Part shown: in pieces, positions 57,175 to 64,000 of the stretch
How positions within the stretch are numbered: position 1 is the first letter of the stretch
How the letters are laid out: each line of letters starts with the position of its first letter
Origin: an uncultured delta proteobacterium
Lineage (GTDB): Bacteria > Desulfobacterota > Desulfuromonadia > Geobacterales > DSM-12255
Assembly (NCBI GenBank): GCA_963787125.1
Contig: CAWBBV010000007.1
Coordinates: forward strand, 96,001-160,000
Length of the DNA stretch: 64,000 nucleotides
Direction of reading: 5' to 3'
Translations under genes and position numbers: made by a program
The notes under the pieces: generated by a model
Seen by the model: the letters and a program-made list of their open reading frames with translations, nothing else
The model's database searches: none
Told to the model about the DNA's origin: nothing

Positions 57175-59592
57175 ATGTCGGAAAAAAACAAAAACTATCT
57201 GATGCTGCTGCTAATGCTGGCAATTTTTGTGGTGATGAATGCCGATATCCTCTTCACCAGCAAGATCGTGCGTGCTCCGGATATAATCAATGAATTCTAC
57301 TGGGGTGTCAGGGAATGGCGCACCCGGTCATTTGCCGAACTCTGTAGTTTCAATCTTTCTGACGGCTTGTGGAACATGTTCGTCAACAGTGGTTTTACTA
57401 CCGAGGGTGGGGAGCAGCCGTACCAGTTTCTGATTCATCACCGCTTGATTTTTCGATTCATCCCTCTGCCGACAAGCGTTGCCTGGTTCATGGTGTTGCA
57501 CCTGTTCTTCGGCGGCTTCGGCACCTATCTGTATTGCCGGGTTATCGGTGTCAGCCGCTGGGGCGCACTGTTGGGCGGACTGGTGTTTGGGCTGACCACC
57601 ACTCACATCTCTCTGATCAACGCCGGCCATGCCCAGAAGATTGCAACGATTTCCTTTGCACCATTGGCGTTCTATCTTTATGAAGCCGGAATGCAGAAAA
57701 AACGGCTGATCTGGTTTCTTGCCGCCGCGGTTACCCTGGCTTTCCAGTTTTTCAACTACCACTGGCAAATTGCCTTTTATACCTGTCTCAGTATCGGCGT
57801 GTACGGCCTGCTTCGCCTTGCAGCTGAAGTTTGGGCAGGTCGCGGCGGCGTGGAACAGAAAAAAAGTTTTGGCCGACTGTTTGGTTTTAATCTTGTGTTG
57901 CTGGTGTTTTTTCTGACAACAGTTTCCATATCGCTTCTGCCGCTTGCCAACTGGTCCAAGGGGACCAATCGCGGTGCGCAAAGCGGAGAAAACCAGGGTA
58001 AGGGTGGCCTGAACCGGGAAGAAGCCATGTCCTGGTCAATGCCGCCTGAAGAGCTGGCTACCTTTGTCATCCCCGGGCTCTTTGGCTTTTCACGTCAGGA
58101 AGGGGGGGAAAATCCGACCAACATCCCGGCGTATTATTGGGGCCGGATGCGCTTTACCCAGACGAATGACTACCTGGGATTGCTCCCCTGGCTGCTGCTG
58201 CCGCTGCCACTCCTGTTCCGTCGCGACCGCTATACATGGTTGGCCGTGGGAGGGGTTGCTTTAAGTCTGTTTTTTGCGATGGGCAAATATACGCTGTTCT
58301 ACAACCTGCTCTATGACTATTTCCCCGGCATCAACAAATTCCGGGTTCCCAAAATGATCCTGTTCATTACTGCCATGTCGGTCGGCGTATTGGCCGCCCG
58401 GGGAATGGACATCCTGGCGGATCCGGCGGTGCGGGCAAGCCGGCTGTTTCGTCATTATCTGGCGATACTTGTGGCCCTGCCGATAACATTGATACTGTTC
58501 CTGTTAGTGCTGAAGGTGGGAGAATCGTTCTGGATCGAACGGCTGATGCCGCTGCTTGCCGAGCCGACCAGGTATGAAGCAGGCTCACAGCTTGTTACCG
58601 GTCGCTGGGGAAATATGCTCCATGAAACCGGGATTGCGGTACTGGTTGCAACTCTGTACGCCATAGTTGTTATTGTCTGGTGCAAATCGAAAAAATCTGT
58701 TGGGCTGTTGTATGGGGCATTACTGCTGATTTTTCTCATTGATGTTGGCCGGGTAAACGCCAAGTTTCTCTTCACTGTTGAGATGCCTAACAAATCACGG
58801 GGAGTGGATACCGCGGCGATCAAGTTCCTCAAGCAGGATTCGAAGGAGTACCGGGTCATGCCGATGAATGGCGACCCGCAGCAGTACTCTTCCGCAGGCA
58901 TCCCTACATTTTTCTACTCCATGGCTGTGCAGCAGACCCGCTGGCAGGATATCCTGGACAACCTCTCTTTTACGAGCGCCGTTCCTGACATGTTGAACCT
59001 GAAATATCTGATTTTTGACACTGCCCAGTATGCTGCGGAGCAGGCTCAGTTCGGGGCTAAATTTTCACCGGTATTTTATTCGCCGGACGGCAAGGAAGTG
59101 GTGGTAAAAAACAACGCAGTTCTACCCAAAGTATGGCTGGTGCCATCTGCGGTAGTGCTTGCTGACAGGCAACAGCGGCTGGGGGTATTGTTGCACCCGA
59201 ATTTTGACCCACGGGCTGTTGCTCTGATCGAAACTCCCCCTGAGTTGCCACTCGCCCCGCCCGGCACCCAGTCGGTTCCCGGAGTCGCCAAGATTAGCAG
59301 CTATACGGCCGGGAAAGTGGTCGCAGTTGCGCAAGCGTCCCAGAATGTCATCCTGGTTTTGGGCGACAAATATTACCAAGGCTGGCGAGCTTTCGTGGAT
59401 GGCAAAGAGGCCGTCATCCATCCGGTCAACCATGTGTTGCGTGGTGTCTATCTGCCGCCCGGTAAACACGACATCGAGTTTCGCTTCGATCCTGTGCCCT
59501 ACCGTATCGGCAAATGGCTTTCACTGGCGTCCATCGGCTTTTTCGTCCTTATGCTCGCTCGCGAATGGCGTTCCCGTAAGAATGCAGGCTGA
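57175..59592 (+). CDS. YfhO-family GT-C membrane protein
   Basis: Polytopic N-terminus (D..NEFY, LWN...SG, FRVP); C-terminal YYQGWRAFVDG...VLRGVYLPPGKHDIEFRFDP and a final TM helix. Confidence 0.85.
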   Translation: MSEKNKNYLMLLLMLAIFVVMNADILFTSKIVRAPDIINEFYWGVREWRTRSFAELCSFNLSDGLWNMFVNSGFTTEGGEQPYQFLIHHRLIFRFIPLPTSVAWFMVLHLFFGGFGTYLYCRVIGVSRWGALLGGLVFGLTTTHISLINAGHAQKIATISFAPLAFYLYEAGMQKKRLIWFLAAAVTLAFQFFNYHWQIAFYTCLSIGVYGLLRLAAEVWAGRGGVEQKKSFGRLFGFNLVLLVFFLTTVSISLLPLANWSKGTNRGAQSGENQGKGGLNREEAMSWSMPPEELATFVIPGLFGFSRQEGGENPTNIPAYYWGRMRFTQTNDYLGLLPWLLLPLPLLFRRDRYTWLAVGGVALSLFFAMGKYTLFYNLLYDYFPGINKFRVPKMILFITAMSVGVLAARGMDILADPAVRASRLFRHYLAILVALPITLILFLLVLKVGESFWIERLMPLLAEPTRYEAGSQLVTGRWGNMLHETGIAVLVATLYAIVVIVWCKSKKSVGLLYGALLLIFLIDVGRVNAKFLFTVEMPNKSRGVDTAAIKFLKQDSKEYRVMPMNGDPQQYSSAGIPTFFYSMAVQQTRWQDILDNLSFTSAVPDMLNLKYLIFDTAQYAAEQAQFGAKFSPVFYSPDGKEVVVKNNAVLPKVWLVPSAVVLADRQQRLGVLLHPNFDPRAVALIETPPELPLAPPGTQSVPGVAKISSYTAGKVVAVAQASQNVILVLGDKYYQGWRAFVDGKEAVIHPVNHVLRGVYLPPGKHDIEFRFDPVPYRIGKWLSLASIGFFVLMLAREWRSRKNAG

Positions 59593-59619
59593 ATATATGT
59601 TGATGCTAAGGAGCAACCT

Positions 59620-60738
59620 TTGCGCATAGCCATAGATGCCTCTACCATATCTACGCAGGGTGGACCCAGGACATACGTGCTTGGTCTGCTTGACGCCCTG
59701 TTTCGTATTGACCGGGAAAATGAGTACGTGGTGTTTTACAATGATCCGTGCCATTTGGGGCGCTTCCCTCTGGCCAGGGAGTTGGTGCTGCCTGGCAAAA
59801 GTCCTCTGGCGCGGCTATGGCGGGAGCACATCCTCCTGCCGATGGCCTGCCGGCGGGAGCGGATCGATCTGCTGCATTGCCCCAAAAGCGCCATCCCTTT
59901 TTACTCACCCTGCCCCACGGTTGTCACCCTCCATGATCTGATCCCGCTGCGTCATCCAGAGACAGAGAAGCTGGCGGCTCGAATCTACTGGCGGCTGCAG
60001 ATCCCGATTGCCGCGCGGAGGAGCAGTTATATCATCACGGATTCCGAACATGCGCGGCAGGAGATCATGGCGGATTATCAGGTTGCACCACAACGGATCA
60101 AGGCCATAATGCTGGGTTTTGATCCGCGGATGACTGTGAAACCCGATCCTGCAGATACTGCCGCGGTAATGAATAAATACGGGCTTATTGAGGGGTACAT
60201 ACTTTATGTCGGCACCATCCAGCCCCGCAAAAATATTGATACCTTGATAGAGGCCTACGCCAGGCTTCGTCTGGTGCGGGATGATATGCCAAAGCTGGTA
60301 ATAGTCGGTCGTAAAGGGTGGCTTTATGATCAGCTCTTTGCCCGGATTAAAGAACTTGACCTTGTGGACGAGATCATTTTTACCGGATTTGTCCCAGATG
60401 AAGAGCTGCCCCAACTCTATGGCGGCGCAACTCTGTTTGCCTATCTCTCTTTTTTCGAGGGGTTCGGTTTGCCGCCGCTGGAGGCGATGGCTTGCGGTCT
60501 GCCGGTGATTACCTCAGACACCACATCTCTGCCTGAAGTTGTCGGGGATGCCGGCATTACAGTCCCTCCTGCTGATATCGCCGCTGTGGCGACTGCCATT
60601 GCACGGATAATGGACGACGGAGAGTTTGCCCGAACGCTTGGGAATCGTGGCCTTGAACGGGCAAAACTCTTTTCCTGGGATGCCGCGGCGCGCCAGACCC
60701 TGGCAATTTACTGTCAGCTGGCGAAAAGTAATCCATAG
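59620..60738 (+). CDS. GT4 glycosyltransferase (mannosyltransferase-like subgroup)
   Basis: TLHDLIP, VGTIQPRKN, EGFGLPPLEAMACG, SLPEVVG; AAGGAG before TTG. Confidence 0.9.
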   Translation: MRIAIDASTISTQGGPRTYVLGLLDALFRIDRENEYVVFYNDPCHLGRFPLARELVLPGKSPLARLWREHILLPMACRRERIDLLHCPKSAIPFYSPCPTVVTLHDLIPLRHPETEKLAARIYWRLQIPIAARRSSYIITDSEHARQEIMADYQVAPQRIKAIMLGFDPRMTVKPDPADTAAVMNKYGLIEGYILYVGTIQPRKNIDTLIEAYARLRLVRDDMPKLVIVGRKGWLYDQLFARIKELDLVDEIIFTGFVPDEELPQLYGGATLFAYLSFFEGFGLPPLEAMACGLPVITSDTTSLPEVVGDAGITVPPADIAAVATAIARIMDDGEFARTLGNRGLERAKLFSWDAAARQTLAIYCQLAKSNP

Positions 60739-60761
60739 CGGCGAACGGCTGGTTGTAATTG

Positions 60762-61586
60762 CTATTTCCCCAATTCCTTTGATCTGAGAGTGGCTGACTC
60801 AACCGCATTCATGATGGTAGCCCGGAAAGAGCCTTTTTCAAGGGCATGCAGTCCTGCAATGGTTGTTCCCCCGGGGGATGTTACCTTGTCGCGCAGGCTG
60901 CCGGGATGTTCGCCGGTTTCGGCAAGGAGTTTAGCTGTCCCGAGCACCGTCTGTATAGCCAGATTAAGCGCGGTTTCTCGCGGCAGACCGTTCTTGACTC
61001 CGCCATCTGCAAGAGCCTCGATGAAGGTCAGTACATAAGCCGGCCCGCTCCCGGAGAGACCTGTTACCGCATCAATAAGTTTTTCCTCAACCCGGCAACA
61101 ACTCCCCACCAGAGAAAATATTGCTTCGGTCTCGGCCATATCTGCTTCTGTTGCAGTTTTGCCGGCGGCAATAGCCGCAGCCCCGCACAGGACAAGCGCC
61201 GGAGTGTTCGGCATGACTCTTATGACCCGCGGAGATTGACTGAACAGGCTTTCCAGCGCGCTGCATGATACCCCTGCCATAATGGACACAAGTAGATGAT
61301 TTTCATTGATATGATTCTGGAGCAGACTGCAGACTGCCGCCGCTTGTTGCGGTTTAACCGCAAGAATTACGGTTTTGCAGGAGAGCGCCAGTTCACTGTT
61401 ATCAGCGGTTGTTTTGACGCCGTACCTTTCAGCCAGCTGCTGCCGCCTGGCGGCAACCGGTTCGGAGACTACTATGGTTCCCGCCCCGGTACCCCCTGAA
61501 ATCATCCCCTTGATAATCGCTTCAGCCATGTTGCCGCCACCTATGAAGCCGATCATTCCGCCATTTTCTGCACATAACTTTGCCAT
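60762..61586 (-). CDS. proC: Pyrroline-5-carboxylate reductase
   Basis: FIGGGNMA, AVKPQ, RVMPNTP, SGSGPAY, VTSPGGTT. Confidence 0.96.
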   Translation of the reverse strand: MAKLCAENGGMIGFIGGGNMAEAIIKGMISGGTGAGTIVVSEPVAARRQQLAERYGVKTTADNSELALSCKTVILAVKPQQAAAVCSLLQNHINENHLLVSIMAGVSCSALESLFSQSPRVIRVMPNTPALVLCGAAAIAAGKTATEADMAETEAIFSLVGSCCRVEEKLIDAVTGLSGSGPAYVLTFIEALADGGVKNGLPRETALNLAIQTVLGTAKLLAETGEHPGSLRDKVTSPGGTTIAGLHALEKGSFRATIMNAVESATLRSKELGK

Positions 61587-61700
61587 TTCGAATTCTCCAA
61601 TCTATCAGTACGGGACGAAAAACGTTGACATCTCCGGCTATTTATACTTAATTTCACAATTCTTTCCAGAATATTTTTCAAGTTGCACGAGAGGAGTCTC

Positions 61701-62900
61701 ATGATGAGCAAAGTTCTTATAATTGGAGCCGGTGGAGTCGGGCAGGTCGTCACCCATAAATGTGCTCAACGTCCGGATATTTTCAGTGAAATCACTCTTG
61801 CCTCACGGACGAAATCAAAATGCGATGCTATTGCCGCGCAGCTGGGCAACAGTATTCAGACAGCCAAAGTAGATGCCGATAATGTGCCGGAGCTGGTGGC
61901 CTTAATAAAGCAGGTACAGCCGAAACTGGTAATTAACGTGGCTCTTCCTTATCAGGATCTGACCATCATGGACGCCTGCCTTGAGACCGGCGTCGACTAT
62001 CTGGATACTGCCAATTATGAACCTCTCGATACCGCCAAGTTTGAATACTCATGGCAGTGGGCCTATCAGGAGCGCTTTAAGAGCGCCGGCCTCATGGCGC
62101 TGCTCGGGTCCGGTTTCGATCCCGGCGTCACCAATGTCTACACTGCTCTGGCCGCAAAGAAATACCTTGATGTTATTGAGGAGCTGGACATCATCGATGC
62201 CAACGCCGGCAGTCATGGTCAGCCCTTTGCTACCAACTTCAACCCGGAGATCAACATCCGCGAAGTGACTGCCATCTGCCGCCACTGGGAAAACGGCCAG
62301 TTTGTTGAGTCGCCACCACTCTCCACCAAAATGGTTTTTGATTTCCCCGAAGGGATCGGCCCCATGAACTGCTACCGCCTCTACCACGAGGAGATGGAGT
62401 CCATTGTCAAGCATATCCCGACCATCAAGAAAGCCCAGTTCTGGATGACCTTTTCCGAGAATTACCTCAAACATCTGGAAGTGCTGCAGAATGTGGGGAT
62501 GACCCGAATTGACGAGGTGGAGTTCAACGGTCAGAAGATCGTTCCGATCCAGTTCCTCAAAGCGCTCCTCCCCGATCCTGGCTCACTGGGACCGCTCACC
62601 AAGGGGAAGACCTGCATCGGCGTCATCGCCCGCGGCACAAAGGATGGCAAGCCGCGCCAGGTCTACATCTACAATATCTGCGATCACGAAGCCTGCTACA
62701 AGGAAGTTCAGTCCCAGGCCATCAGCTACACCACCGGCGTCCCGGCCGTTGTCGGCGCCATCATGATGCTGACCGGCAAGTGGCACGCAGCCGGTGTCTG
62801 GAACATGGAACAGTTCGATCCCGAACTGTTTTTGGAAGTGCTCGGGCCGATGGGCCTGCCGACAGTCGTCGTCGACGGCGGCGAATGGCCGGAGCTGTAA
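61701..62900 (+). CDS. Carboxy(nor)spermidine dehydrogenase (saccharopine dehydrogenase family)
   Basis: IIGAGGVG, NVALPYQDL, GFDPG, FATNFNPEINIRE, SYTTGVP; adjacent to nspC. Start is ATG 61701 or 61704. Confidence 0.88.
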   Translation: MMSKVLIIGAGGVGQVVTHKCAQRPDIFSEITLASRTKSKCDAIAAQLGNSIQTAKVDADNVPELVALIKQVQPKLVINVALPYQDLTIMDACLETGVDYLDTANYEPLDTAKFEYSWQWAYQERFKSAGLMALLGSGFDPGVTNVYTALAAKKYLDVIEELDIIDANAGSHGQPFATNFNPEINIREVTAICRHWENGQFVESPPLSTKMVFDFPEGIGPMNCYRLYHEEMESIVKHIPTIKKAQFWMTFSENYLKHLEVLQNVGMTRIDEVEFNGQKIVPIQFLKALLPDPGSLGPLTKGKTCIGVIARGTKDGKPRQVYIYNICDHEACYKEVQSQAISYTTGVPAVVGAIMMLTGKWHAAGVWNMEQFDPELFLEVLGPMGLPTVVVDGGEWPEL

Positions 62901-62904
62901 AGAG

Positions 62905-64000
62905 TTGACCGGAATCGAAATAAGCAAAATCCTGCAGCTCGCCCCTTCACCTGCCTATGTGGTTGATCTGGGACGGTTGCGCCATAATCTCGCCATTCTT
63001 GACCAGGTGCAGCAGCGTAGCGGGGCAAAAATCCTCATGGCGCTGAAAGCCTTTTCCATGTGGAGTGTTTTTCCGCTGATCCGGGAAACCCTGCAAGGGG
63101 TCTGCGCCAGCTCCCCCTGGGAAGCGCGCCTGGGGCGGGATAAGTTCGGTGGCGAGGTTCACTCCTTTGCTGCGGCGTTCAAGGAGAGTGACGTCATCGA
63201 GCTGCTTTCTATCTCCGACCATCTGGTTTTCAACTCCTTCAACCAACTGGAGCGGTTCCGCTCACTCTGGGAAAAAGAGCTGGGGCGAGTTTCCGTCGGC
63301 TTGCGGGTTAACCCGGAGCATTCCGAAGGGGCGGTGGCGATCTACGATCCCTGCGCCCCCAAGTCGCGGCTAGGTATCCCCCGAAGAGAGTTTGAGGGCC
63401 GGTCCCTGAGCGGAGTCGAAGGGCTGCATTTTCATACTCTCTGCGAACAGCTGTTTGAGCCGCTGGAACGTACTGCCAAGGCATTCGAAGAGAAGTTCGG
63501 CGAATTTCTGAACAAGATGAAATGGTTCAATCTGGGGGGGGGGCACCATATAACCCGTGACGGGTACGACCTCGATGGACTGATTGAACTGGTAAAATAT
63601 TTCCGGAAAAAGTACGACGTCGAAGTTTATCTGGAACCAGGCGAAGCGATTGCCATCGGTACCGGTATTCTCGTGGCCGAGGTGCTTGATATCGTGCGTA
63701 ATGAGATGGATATTGCCATCCTCGATGTTTCTGCCACCTGTCACATGCCCGATATCCTGGAGATGCCCTATAGACCCGGTATTTACGGTGGTTTTGCTGC
63801 CGGCGAGAAGCCCTACACCTACCGTCTCGGCGGCCCATCCTGTCTTGCCGGTGATATTATCGGCGACTGGTCTTTTGAAAAACCTTTAAAACCGGGTGAT
63901 CGGCTCGCATTTCTGGACATGGCGCACTACACCATGGTAAAAACAACAACCTTCAACGGTATCCGCCATCCGGACATCTGCACGTTCGAACCTGATACGG
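62905..64000 (+). CDS. nspC: Carboxy(nor)spermidine decarboxylase, runs off the window end (absent from the ORF track)
   Basis: Manual translation from TTG 62905: SPAYVVD...MALKAFS...GLRVNPE...YDPCAPKSRLG...GLHFHTLCE...NLGGGHH...LEPGE...HMPDILEMPY...CLAGD...YTMVKTTTFNG. Confidence 0.93.
   Translation, partial: MTGIEISKILQLAPSPAYVVDLGRLRHNLAILDQVQQRSGAKILMALKAFSMWSVFPLIRETLQGVCASSPWEARLGRDKFGGEVHSFAAAFKESDVIELLSISDHLVFNSFNQLERFRSLWEKELGRVSVGLRVNPEHSEGAVAIYDPCAPKSRLGIPRREFEGRSLSGVEGLHFHTLCEQLFEPLERTAKAFEEKFGEFLNKMKWFNLGGGHHITRDGYDLDGLIELVKYFRKKYDVEVYLEPGEAIAIGTGILVAEVLDIVRNEMDIAILDVSATCHMPDILEMPYRPGIYGGFAAGEKPYTYRLGGPSCLAGDIIGDWSFEKPLKPGDRLAFLDMAHYTMVKTTTFNGIRHPDICTFEPDT

Noticed and set aside
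61701..62900. Lysine-pathway saccharopine dehydrogenase
   Set aside because: Adjacency to nspC and the FATNFNPEINIRE motif point to carboxy(nor)spermidine synthesis.

Overview
Chromosomal window from a Geobacteraceae-type (Desulfuromonadia) metal reducer; the taxon is inferred from gene content and protein style only. Left to right: the 3' end of a type II secretion operon (gspI-N); a minus-strand tRNA-Glu / OB-fold protein / DEAD-box helicase unit; a rubrerythrin-like gene with aroE and aroK; a small diheme cytochrome; elbB with an XRE-cupin regulator; and a long plus-strand run of murI, GerMN, short metH, split transketolase, an orphan pseudopilin, a heme-motif sensor kinase and a sigma54 activator. 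A sigma54 promoter then precedes three secreted proteins: an NHL/Ig-like/dockerin protein and two large multiheme cytochromes (27 and 17 heme motifs, several of the CX4CH type). After hflX (which appears to start at ATA) comes a ~27.5 kb glycosylation locus with three GT-C-type membrane proteins (TMTC-like, YfhO-like, and a 1244-aa protein with an internal duplication), two polyprenol-phosphate GT2s, a flippase, and a C-methyl deoxysugar pathway, but no recognisable Wzy/Wzz/Wza/Wzc/WaaL. proC and the carboxy(nor)spermidine genes close the window. The best candidate for an undescribed system is a heme-sensor-controlled, dockerin-anchored extracellular cytochrome assembly with a neighbouring protein-glycosylation pathway; the parts are visible in the sequence but the functional link is inference. 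No CRISPR array, rRNA, transposase or integrase was seen. All calls are by eye, without database searches.
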